Origin: Kiritimatiellia bacterium
Lineage (GTDB): Bacteria; Verrucomicrobiota; Kiritimatiellia; RFP12; UBA1067
Length of the DNA: 64,000 bases
Assembly: GCA_017395505.1 (NCBI GenBank)
Contig: JAFPUH010000004.1
Location: forward strand, 7,910 to 71,909
Direction of reading: 5' to 3'
The notes under the pieces were generated by a model. It saw nothing but the letters and a program-made list of their open reading frames with translations, ran no database searches and was not told the DNA's origin. This document shows, one piece after another, positions 26,366 through 34,186 of this stretch. Position 1 is the first letter of the stretch. Each line of letters starts with the position of its first letter. The position numbers and the translations under genes were made by a program.

Positions 26366-27369
26366 ACAAGTCGAAGATAGTTCTCGCCGCCGTCGGCGGA
26401 GTGACGCTCGTCGCCTCGCTCGCCTTGGCGTATTTCATCTGGAGCGCGATGTCCGAGAGGTCGGAGCGTCTTGACGAGCTCGCCGGCGCCGAGCAGTCGC
26501 TCATCAACATGATGAAGCTGCCGGTCAACCCCAGCCCAGAAGCCATCAAGGCCTATCAGGCGAACGCCGAGACCTACGACAACTGGAAGGACGACGCCAA
26601 GAAGCTCGTCACTACCGGCGACATGATCTTCGAGCCCACGACTCCGCCCGCCCTCAAGGCGTTCATGGTCGAGGACGCCCGCCGCCTTTCGTCCCTGCCG
26701 GGCCGCACCGACGGCGTTATCGTGCGCCCCGAGTTCGCGTTCGGCTTCAAGGAGTTCGTTCTCGACGGCAACATGCCGGCCGAGGCCGATCTCGCCAAGA
26801 TACAGCGCGAGTGGTACGACATGTCGGTCGTCGTCGAGACCATGTCTAAGAGCGGCGTCATCGAGATAACCGATCTCACGCTCATCGGCGACGCGCCCCA
26901 GCCGGCCGCCGAGCAGCAGCCGGCCGCCGGCAACCGCCGCCAGCGAAAGGGCGCCAAGCCCGCCGCAAAGGCGAAGGCCGCCGAGCAGTGTGAAGGCCCC
27001 GCCGTCACCCGCATGCGCGTCGAGTTCCGCGCCATGCCCCCGGCGCTCGTCGCCGTGGCCAACAGCCTCATGATGTCGCGCAGGTTCATCGTCGTCGACG
27101 ACCTTACTTTCTCGCGCGAGAGGGATGAACTCTCCGAGAAGCTTGGCGGCGATCCCAAGAAGGCCGCCGAGGCTCAGTCGAGCAGGGGCGGCCGCCGCGG
27201 TCGCCGCGGTCGTCAGGAGGAAGCCGAGGAGCCCGCCGAGAACGAGGCGCTGTCGGGCATAGTCACCGATCCGATGATGGCTCCCGCGCTCAAGGTTTCA
27301 ATGTTGATATCGGTCTACGACTTCCGTTCGCTCGAGGCCGACAAGACCGAGACGGAGGAGCAGAAATGA
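26362..27369 (+). CDS. Bitopic membrane protein in the PilO position; Amuc_1100-like by my recollection of that sequence
   Basis: ATGA overlap with the upstream gene. N-terminal TM segment IVLAAVGGVTLVASLALAYFIW, then a coiled coil. TTPPALKAFMVEDARRL, FGFKEF and MRVEFRAMPPALVAVANSLMMSRRFIVVDDLTFSRER parallel the segments I remember from Amuc_1100 (TTPTAFQNELKTFRD; LEIAFQGDRESVLKAMNAITGMQDYLFTVNSIRIRNER). The tails are low-complexity and basic/acidic (GNRRQRKGAKPAAKAKA; GGRRGRRGRQEEAEEPAENE). Confidence 0.6.
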   Translation: MNKSKIVLAAVGGVTLVASLALAYFIWSAMSERSERLDELAGAEQSLINMMKLPVNPSPEAIKAYQANAETYDNWKDDAKKLVTTGDMIFEPTTPPALKAFMVEDARRLSSLPGRTDGVIVRPEFAFGFKEFVLDGNMPAEADLAKIQREWYDMSVVVETMSKSGVIEITDLTLIGDAPQPAAEQQPAAGNRRQRKGAKPAAKAKAAEQCEGPAVTRMRVEFRAMPPALVAVANSLMMSRRFIVVDDLTFSRERDELSEKLGGDPKKAAEAQSSRGGRRGRRGRQEEAEEPAENEALSGIVTDPMMAPALKVSMLISVYDFRSLEADKTETEEQK

Positions 27370-28469
27370 AACAGGGCAACGGCAATTTCTTTACGCAGCA
27401 CTACGAGTGGCTCGCCGCCGCGGTCGCGATAGTCGCGCTCGCCCTCGCGGCGCTCTTCTTCGTGAAGGCCATGGGTGAGGATGGCGAAGCCAGCGCCGCC
27501 GAGAAGGTGCGCCGCATAGACGCCCGCAGGAGCGACGCCAATGTCGTCACCCAGCCCGACATGTCCCTCTACCAGATTCTCATGCGCAACACCCAGGCGC
27601 CTACGTCCGTCGGCGAGCTGAACCCCGTCGGCTACAGCTTCCTCGCGAGCGGCCGCCGCGTCTTCTGCGCCCTGCCTGACTGCCACGCGCCGATTCCGCC
27701 GGACTCCAAGCAGTGCCCCGTCTGCAAGCGTGACCAGCCAGAGGAGGAGAAGCCTGAGGTCGTGCTGGATGCCGACGACGATGGACTCCCCGACGAGTGG
27801 GAGCGCCGCTTCGGTCTGAGCCCGAACAACTCCGGCGACGCCGATGAAGATCTCGACGGCGACGGCTTCACCAACCGCGAAGAGTATGAGGCCGGCACTG
27901 ATCCGAGCGACAGGCACAGCCACCCCGACTACCTCGATTCCCTCAAGCTAAAGCTGCCCCTCAAGCAGACCACGCTGCCGTTCTACCTCAGGTCCTACAT
28001 GAAGACGCCCAACGGCATGAAGCTCGAGTTCTTCAATCCGAGCGAGAGGAACGACTACGGCACCCGCGGCAAGGCGTATTCGGTATTCGTCGACCAGGAT
28101 GTCGGCGCCACCGGCTTCGTCGCCAAGTCGTTCGAGCAGAAGAAGAGCGTCGCCAAGATCGCCGGCGGCGGCGGCGCCACGCGCGAAGTCGATGCGTCGT
28201 TCGCCATGGTCGAGCGCAAGAGCGACGGCAAGCAGATAAAGGTCGTCGTCTCCGGCGCCAAGCCCAAGCGCGCGCCCGTCGATGTGCAGGCGGTGCTCGT
28301 CTACGAGCGCGGCGAAGTAAAGGAGTTTACGGTCGTTCCCGCCGACAAGATCAACCTCAACGGCAGCGAGTATGTCGTGAAGGAGATCAAGTCTGTCGGC
28401 AAGGGCGCGTCGGTGACTCTAGTGGATTCGACCGGCAAGGAGCGGACACTCGAAGCACTTGAACAATAA
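27366..28469 (+). CDS. PilP-like lipoprotein/anchor protein with an inserted CxxC..CxxC zinc ribbon and two TSP3-like Ca loops (Amuc_1099 position)
   Basis: ATGA overlap with the upstream gene. TM segment WLAAAVAIVALALAALFFV. Zinc ribbon CALPDCHAPIPPDSKQCPVCKR (27667-27732). TSP3-like loops DADDDGLPDEWERRFGLSPNN and DEDLDGDGFTNREEYEAGTDPSD. C-terminal beta-domain: ..VLVYERGEVKEFTVVPADKINLNGSEYVVKEIKSVGKGASVTLVDSTGKERTL, which has the PilP-like pattern. Confidence 0.6.
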   Translation: MKQGNGNFFTQHYEWLAAAVAIVALALAALFFVKAMGEDGEASAAEKVRRIDARRSDANVVTQPDMSLYQILMRNTQAPTSVGELNPVGYSFLASGRRVFCALPDCHAPIPPDSKQCPVCKRDQPEEEKPEVVLDADDDGLPDEWERRFGLSPNNSGDADEDLDGDGFTNREEYEAGTDPSDRHSHPDYLDSLKLKLPLKQTTLPFYLRSYMKTPNGMKLEFFNPSERNDYGTRGKAYSVFVDQDVGATGFVAKSFEQKKSVAKIAGGGGATREVDASFAMVERKSDGKQIKVVVSGAKPKRAPVDVQAVLVYERGEVKEFTVVPADKINLNGSEYVVKEIKSVGKGASVTLVDSTGKERTLEALEQ

Positions 28470-28487
28470 GAAAATTTAGAGTATAAT
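28459..28487 (+). promoter_or_regulatory. sigma70-like promoter candidate, TTGAAC-17-TATAAT, directly upstream of the secretin gene
   Basis: TTGAAC at 28459-28464 (inside the last codons of the PilP-like gene), a 17-nt spacer, and TATAAT at 28482-28487. Confidence 0.5.
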
Positions 28488-28511
28488 ACACCCAGAATAC
28501 CTCCAAGGAGC

Positions 28512-31500
28512 ATGAGATCGAATATGACGAATCTAAAGACAATCGCCGCCGTCAGCGCGGCCATGGCCGTCATCGCCTGCGGATCACTTGCATTCGCGCA
28601 AGACGATCTTGACGATCTTCTGAAAGACCTCGAAAGCGACCTTGCGGCCGAGACCGCTGGCGTCGCGGCCGTAGAGGAGGCGCCCGAGGCCGAGCCTGAA
28701 GCGGAGCCCGAGGTTGCTCCCGAGGTCGAGCCCGAAGAAGCTCCTGAGGTCGAGCCCGAGGCCGATGCCGATGCCGATGCCGAAGAGCCGGCTGAAGAGC
28801 CCGCCGACGAGGAAGAGCCTGTAGCGGCTGAAGAGCCGGCTGCCGAGGAGCCTACGGAAGAGCCTGCCGATGACGCGGAGCCCGAAGTCGAGCCTGAGGC
28901 CGATGCCGAAGAGCCGGCTGAAGAGCCCGCCGACGAGGAAGAGCCTGTAGCGGCTGAAGAGCCCGCTGACGAGGAGCCCGCGGAGGAACCAGCTGACGAA
29001 GAGCCTGCGCCTGAGGTTGAAGAGCCCGCCCCTGCTGACGAGGAGCCCGCGCCCGAAACCGAAGAGCCCGCTGAGACGGAGGAGCCTGCTGTCGAGGAGG
29101 CGACAGAAGAGCCCACCGCCGAAGAGCCTGCTCCTGAAGCTGAAGAGCCTGCTCCTGCTGACGAGGAGCCCGCGTCCGGAACCGAAGAGCCCGCGCCTGC
29201 CGCAGAAGAGCCTGCCGAGGTTACGGCCGAGCAGGTCGACGAGGCGATTTCGCTTCTCGCAGACATTGCCGCCTCCGAGGTTGGCGGCGAAGGCGAAACG
29301 CCCGCCGCTGTAGAGCCAGCTGCTGCGAAGCCCGCTCCTGCGAAGCCCGCAGTTGTCGACCCTGACGCCGAGCTTCTCGCCAACATCACAGCTACCGAAA
29401 AGCTGCGCCGCAACGCTTATGACGCGCAGGCCAAGCGTGAGGTCGTTGCCGCCCGCGCCGCTCTCGCCGCCGGCGACAACCTTGAGGCCTCGAAGCGCTA
29501 TGCGCTGGCCCTCAAGCTCATGAACGACAGCCCGGCCACCAAGAAGCTTCGCCGCGAGTGCGAGCAGGGCATCGCCGAGAGCCTCTACCGCGCCGCTATG
29601 GAAGAGGAGCGCCTCGGCCGCAGGACCAACGCCATCGAGGTCATGAACCGCGCCCTGGCGATGCGCCATCCCAAGGCCCGCAAGCAGCTTGAGACCTGGA
29701 ACACTTCGGAGGATCCCAACGCCAACAAGAAGGCGCTCTCCGACATCAAGCACCGCCGCAACGAAGACGACTACAAGGCCAAGCGCGCCAAGAACCAGCG
29801 CCACCTTAAGCGTGCCCGCCAGCTTCTCGCCGTCAAGGAGATAGATGAGGCTCTCGACGAGTGCGAGCTTGTGTTGGTGAACGACCCCTACAACCAGGAG
29901 GCCATCCGTCTCCGCAAGGCCATCCAGAAGAAGCGCGCCGTCATTCTCGGCCAGGAGTTCCAGGTGACCCGCGAGGCGATGATCGCCGATGTCGACCGCG
30001 CATGGCGCCCGGTCTACGCGCCGAACGCCCGCGAGATCGATGAGGCTTCGTCCTCTACCGTCAGGCGTTCGATCGGGGAAGACCCCGAGCGCACGATCGA
30101 GCAGTCGATCCGCCAGAGGATGAAGGAGATGATCCTGCCGCAGATCTCGTTCAAGCCGCCGGCTACGATCATCGACGCCATCGACTTCTTCCGCACCGCT
30201 TCGAAGGACTACGACCGCCCCGACATTCCGCTTGAGGAGCGCGGCTTCAACTTCGTCATCAAGTCCGATACGCCCCTCTACTCCAAGGCTCCCGCGCCCG
30301 AGGTTGAGGATGCCGACGACTTCTCCGACAGCGGCGATGAAGAGGAGGTTCCCGCCGGCGTCGACGGCGTGCCCGTCATCCAGACGATCACCGCCACGAA
30401 CATTCCTTTCGACGAGGCTCTGCAGCTCGTCTGCGAGTCGGTCAAGTACAAGTACACCGTCAAGGGCCGCATCGTCATGATCATGCCCGAGGATGAGACG
30501 ACCGAAGAGATGCTCATCCGCAGCTATCCCGTCATGGCGACGTTCATGGAGAAGATGGACTCCGTCTCCAGTGAAATCAGCGACAGCGGTTTCGGCGTCA
30601 GCTCCAGCCGCAAGAGCAAGAGCGACGACGAGCCTACGATGGAGGACAAGCTGAAGAACGTATTTGAGCAGCTCGGCGTCAGCTGGCCCGAAGGCAGCAA
30701 GATCTTCTACATGTCGGCCACCGGCAAGCTGCGCGTCAAGAACACCGAGAAGAACCTGAGCGAAATCGAGAAGGCGCTCGTCGAACTCAACGCCGAGCAG
30801 AAGCTCGTCGAGATCGAGGCCCGCTTCGTCGAAGTCGGTCAGGACGACCTCAACTCTCTCGGCTTCGAATGGATTCTCAATAGCGATTACACCGCTGCCG
30901 GCGGCGGGTGGTTGGCCAGGAAGCTCGGCATCAAGGAAGGCGGCTACGTCAAGTCTTCCGGAACCTCCACAACCAACGCTGGTAGCTCCGAAGCGCCGAC
31001 CACATCCGCGTCTGGCTCTACGATCAACGGATCTTGGGCTAAACCGTCGAATGCCAACAAGTCCAACCTCGGCAACTTCGGCATAAACGCGATGGGCGGT
31101 ACAGATGCCACATACGGCAACGGCAACCGCTACCTCTCCACCGACAGCAACCATATTTCGGGCAACGGCAAGTCGACAAACGACCAGTTCATGCGCGTCA
31201 ACGCGTTCCTCGGCTCCGCCGACCTGTCGATGATTCTCCACATGCTCTCGCAGCGCAGCGATACGGACCTTCTCTCCGCGCCTAAGGTGCTGACCCGTCC
31301 GAGCAACCGCGCCGTCATCCGCGTCGTCACCGAATACATCTATCCGCAGGACTACACGGTTCAGCTGACCTCCGGTTCCAGCTCGTCGTCGTCGTCCAGC
31401 TCTGGTTCCAGTTCGGTTCTCGCGATCGTCGAGCCTGAGAACTTCACGATGCGCGAGGTCGGCGTGATTCTCGACGTCACCCCGAACCTCACCGACGCCG

Positions 31501-32087
31501 GCAACTTGATCGAGCTCGAGCTCAAGACCGAGATCGTCGACGAACCCACCTGGAAGAACTACGGCATGAGAATTCCGTTCACCGGCAACAGCTCGCTCCA
31601 GAACTTCCAGGGTATCGGCGAGATCTTCTCCGGCCTTGCCGAGTCTATCACAGCTCTCGGAACTGGCGTGAGCAGCACACTGAAGGAGTGGATCATTCAG
31701 TCTGAGGTTAATGCTGCCGAGGAAGCGCTTGCGGGCCTGACTTCCTCCACCGCTGACAACATGACCTACTATGAAGCGCCGATGGAGCAGCCGTTCTTCC
31801 ATATGCGCAAGATCGAGTCCACAGTGTCGATCTATCCCGGTGCGACGATCGTCATGGGCGGTCTCATCACCGAGACCCGCAGGGCCATGGACGACAAGAT
31901 TCCGTTCCTCGGCGACCTGCCGTTCATCGGGCGTCTCTTCCGCAGCCATGCCGAGGAGACGAAGAAGAAGAACCTGCTCATATTCGTCACGACGCGCCTT
32001 GTCGACGTTCGCGGCCGCGAGGTCTCGGTCGGCGAGGGGGAAGTTGTGTCTGACGCTCAGGTGAGGGCTGCCCCAGAGCAGCAGTGA
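28512..32087 (+). CDS. Secretin (GspD/PilQ family), 1,191 aa, with an acidic Pro/Glu repeat of about 190 aa and a TPR-like helical N-terminal region
   Basis: Signal peptide ..KTIAAVSAAMAVIACGSLAFAQDD. The secretin C-domain includes DLLSAPKVLTRPSNRAVIRVV and KIPFLGDLPFIGRLFRS...KKNLLIFVTTRLVD. AAGGAG lies upstream of ATG 28512. Confidence 0.9.
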   Translation: MRSNMTNLKTIAAVSAAMAVIACGSLAFAQDDLDDLLKDLESDLAAETAGVAAVEEAPEAEPEAEPEVAPEVEPEEAPEVEPEADADADAEEPAEEPADEEEPVAAEEPAAEEPTEEPADDAEPEVEPEADAEEPAEEPADEEEPVAAEEPADEEPAEEPADEEPAPEVEEPAPADEEPAPETEEPAETEEPAVEEATEEPTAEEPAPEAEEPAPADEEPASGTEEPAPAAEEPAEVTAEQVDEAISLLADIAASEVGGEGETPAAVEPAAAKPAPAKPAVVDPDAELLANITATEKLRRNAYDAQAKREVVAARAALAAGDNLEASKRYALALKLMNDSPATKKLRRECEQGIAESLYRAAMEEERLGRRTNAIEVMNRALAMRHPKARKQLETWNTSEDPNANKKALSDIKHRRNEDDYKAKRAKNQRHLKRARQLLAVKEIDEALDECELVLVNDPYNQEAIRLRKAIQKKRAVILGQEFQVTREAMIADVDRAWRPVYAPNAREIDEASSSTVRRSIGEDPERTIEQSIRQRMKEMILPQISFKPPATIIDAIDFFRTASKDYDRPDIPLEERGFNFVIKSDTPLYSKAPAPEVEDADDFSDSGDEEEVPAGVDGVPVIQTITATNIPFDEALQLVCESVKYKYTVKGRIVMIMPEDETTEEMLIRSYPVMATFMEKMDSVSSEISDSGFGVSSSRKSKSDDEPTMEDKLKNVFEQLGVSWPEGSKIFYMSATGKLRVKNTEKNLSEIEKALVELNAEQKLVEIEARFVEVGQDDLNSLGFEWILNSDYTAAGGGWLARKLGIKEGGYVKSSGTSTTNAGSSEAPTTSASGSTINGSWAKPSNANKSNLGNFGINAMGGTDATYGNGNRYLSTDSNHISGNGKSTNDQFMRVNAFLGSADLSMILHMLSQRSDTDLLSAPKVLTRPSNRAVIRVVTEYIYPQDYTVQLTSGSSSSSSSSSGSSSVLAIVEPENFTMREVGVILDVTPNLTDAGNLIELELKTEIVDEPTWKNYGMRIPFTGNSSLQNFQGIGEIFSGLAESITALGTGVSSTLKEWIIQSEVNAAEEALAGLTSSTADNMTYYEAPMEQPFFHMRKIESTVSIYPGATIVMGGLITETRRAMDDKIPFLGDLPFIGRLFRSHAEETKKKNLLIFVTTRLVDVRGREVSVGEGEVVSDAQVRAAPEQQ
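28672..29230 (+). repeat. In-frame acidic (E/P/A/D) tandem repeat inside the secretin gene; it includes an exact 62-bp duplication (28776-28837 = 28902-28963, period 126 bp)
   Basis: The string gatgccgaagagccggctgaagagcccgccgacgaggaagagcctgtagcggctgaagagcc occurs twice. Degenerate GAAGAGCC(C/T/G)GC units run throughout. A second near-repeat pairs about 29019-29070 with about 29143-29193. Confidence 0.9.
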
Positions 32088-32629
32088 CCGGAGTGAAGAA
32101 AAGATTACGTGTCGCGCTCACCGGCGGCATAGCATGCGGCAAGTCTCTTGCCGCATGTTTCTTGCGTGAATTGGGCTACCCTACGATCGACGCCGACGAC
32201 CTCGCCCATGCGCTGATCTCGCCAGAAGAGAGAAAGGCGCTCGCGAAGACCGTCTTCCGCGACCCGGAGGCGAGGCGGGCGCTCGAGGCGAGGCTCCACC
32301 CGCAGATACGTCGCGCCCTGCACGAGGCTTTCGAGGGGAACGGAGCCGAACTTCCTCTCATTGAGGTTATACCTCTTCTCTTCGAGGTGCATTGGAACGG
32401 CGATTATGATATAATATGCTGCGTCAAGTCCGAAAGGGCGACTCAGCTCTCGAGGATGCAGACGACGCGCGGCCACACGCGCGAAGAGGCCGAGGAGCGC
32501 ATCGGCGCGCAGATGCCGGTTGCCGAGAAGGCCGAGAAATCCCACTATGTGATCGCGAACGACGGGTCTTGCGAAGACCTTCGCAAAGCGGTCTCGGAAT
32601 TCGCGAGATGGCTCGCGAAGCAGCAATAG
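32084..32629 (+). CDS. coaE: Dephospho-CoA kinase
   Basis: P-loop ALTGGIACGKS. The size (about 180 aa) and ..LHPQIRRAL.. and ..EVIPLLFE.. fit the CoaE pattern. GTG 32084 overlaps the secretin TGA; GTG 32093 is an alternative start. Confidence 0.8.
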   Translation: MTGVKKRLRVALTGGIACGKSLAACFLRELGYPTIDADDLAHALISPEERKALAKTVFRDPEARRALEARLHPQIRRALHEAFEGNGAELPLIEVIPLLFEVHWNGDYDIICCVKSERATQLSRMQTTRGHTREEAEERIGAQMPVAEKAEKSHYVIANDGSCEDLRKAVSEFARWLAKQQ

Positions 32630-32641
32630 CAAGGAGACGAC

Positions 32642-34186
32642 ATGGCAGATGAACTGGACGTGTTCGCGGGCGCGATGCCTGCGAAGAGCGCGAGCGGCGC
32701 ACAGCCGCCGCAGCAGCCCAAGCCGGCTGCAAAGAAGTTCTTTGGCGGGCGCAAGCCTTTTCAGCGGCATGCGCAGGGCAAGCAGAACAATTCCCCGATA
32801 CGGGGCTCGAACGGCGAGGAGTCTGTGAACCCTCTGCTGAACGCCCCTCTTCCGGCCGAGCAGAGGTCGCAGGAGCCCGAGGCGCCTGCCAACCCCAACC
32901 GCAACCCCGAATTGCCCGAATACAGGCTTGCGGATATCCAGACCTGGCCCGCGCCTGTCATAGTAGAGCGCATGATGCCCGGCGCCGATCCCGAAGAGCT
33001 CGGCACCTACCGCAAGCACGAGCTTATCTTCGCCGCGATACGAACCTACCTCAAGAACGGCGGAGCGGTGCTCGCTTCCGGATGCCTCGAGATCATGCGC
33101 GAGGGCCACGGCTTTCTGAGATCGGCCAAGAACAACTTCCTGGCCTGCCCCGAGGATGTCTTCGTCACCCAGCAGCAGATTCGACGCCACGCCCTCAGGA
33201 CGGGCGACGTCGTAGAAGGGCCGATTCGCGATCCGAGGGACCGCGACCGCTTCTTCTGCCTCGGCGGCGCCACGGCCGTGAACGGCAAGGAGCCTTCGGT
33301 CGCCGCCCGCGTGATTCATTTCGAGAACCTCACGCCTACCTTCCCGACGCGCCGCATCATACTCGAGACGACGCCGACTGAGTTCTCCACCAGGGTCATA
33401 GACCTCTTCACCCCGATCGGCTTCGGGCAGCGCGGCCTCATAGTCGCCCCTCCGAGGGTCGGCAAGACGGTGCTTCTTCAGAAGATGGCGAACGCCATAA
33501 CGGCCAACCACCCCGATGCCATCCTGATAATCCTGCTGGTCGACGAGCGCCCCGAGGAAGTCACCGACATGCAGCGCAACACCAAGGCGATGGTGCTCTC
33601 GTCGACGTTCGACGAGGAGCCCCAGCATCACGTCAGCGTCGCCGAGATGGTGATCGAGATGTCGAAGCGCCAGGTCGAGAACGGCAAGGATGTCGTAATA
33701 CTCCTCGACTCCATCACCCGCCTGGCCCGCGCCTACAATACCGTCCAGCCGCATTCCGGCAAGATCCTGACGGGCGGCGTCGACGCCCTCGCCCTGCACA
33801 GGCCGAAGCGCTTCTTCGGCGCGGCTCGCAACATCGAGGGCGGCGGCTCGCTGACGATCATCGCCACCGGCCTCGTCGACACCGGCTCGCGCATGGACGA
33901 GGTCATCTTCGAGGAGTTCAAGGGCACCGGCAACATGGAGCTTGTCCTAGACCGCGGCCTTGCCGACAAGAGGATATTCCCGGCGATCGACATCGACAAG
34001 TCCGGCACCCGCAAGGAGGACCTTCTGCTTGATCCGGTCGAGCTCGAGAAGACGTGGGGCCTGAGGCGCATACTGGCCGACGTCGGCCCCGAGTCTGCGA
34101 TGAAGAGCGTGCTCAACTCGCTGAAGAAGACGAAGTCCAATCCCGAGTTCATACTTGCGCTCGACCTCAAGAACATAGTCCGCTGA
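32642..34186 (+). CDS. rho: Transcription termination factor Rho with a low-complexity N-terminal extension
   Basis: [14 protein letters not shown] and [16 protein letters not shown] (the CSD-like RNA-binding region). Walker [45 protein letters not shown] and [19 protein letters not shown]. Confidence 0.93.
   Translation: MADELDVFAGAMPAKSASGAQPPQQPKPAAKKFFGGRKPFQRHAQGKQNNSPIRGSNGEESVNPLLNAPLPAEQRSQEPEAPANPNRNPELPEYRLADIQTWPAPVIVERMMPGADPEELGTYRKHELIFAAIRTYLKNGGAVLASGCLEIMREGHGFLRSAKNNFLACPEDVFVTQQQIRRHALRTGDVVEGPIRDPRDRDRFFCLGGATAVNGKEPSVAARVIHFENLTPTFPTRRIILETTPTEFSTRVIDLFTPIGFGQRGLIVAPPRVGKTVLLQKMANAITANHPDAILIILLVDERPEEVTDMQRNTKAMVLSSTFDEEPQHHVSVAEMVIEMSKRQVENGKDVVILLDSITRLARAYNTVQPHSGKILTGGVDALALHRPKRFFGAARNIEGGGSLTIIATGLVDTGSRMDEVIFEEFKGTGNMELVLDRGLADKRIFPAIDIDKSGTRKEDLLLDPVELEKTWGLRRILADVGPESAMKSVLNSLKKTKSNPEFILALDLKNIVR

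Noticed and set aside
28672-29230. Possible CRISPR-like or non-coding tandem array
   Set aside because: The repeats are in-frame, degenerate, lack unique spacers, and sit inside the secretin ORF between its signal peptide and conserved domains. This is a coding low-complexity repeat, not a CRISPR array.
28301-29413. 370-aa Ser/Ala/Gly-rich ORF on the - strand
   Set aside because: It is the reverse-complement reading of the acidic GAAGAGCC repeat in the secretin gene. It has no start context of its own and lies fully inside a gene with strong homology-type motifs, so it is a compositional mirror artefact.
28584-31949. 1,121-aa antisense ORF. Similar long antisense ORFs occur at 20823-23327, 52984-55053, 55386-57164, 17301-19112, 32105-33799, 24710-26338, 19164-20777, 41487-43016, 13686-15095 and 34294-35760.
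   Set aside because: All are Arg/Gly/Ala/Val/Leu-rich with no recognisable motifs. Each lies opposite a gene with unambiguous family signatures. Stop-poor antisense frames are expected in GC-rich DNA.
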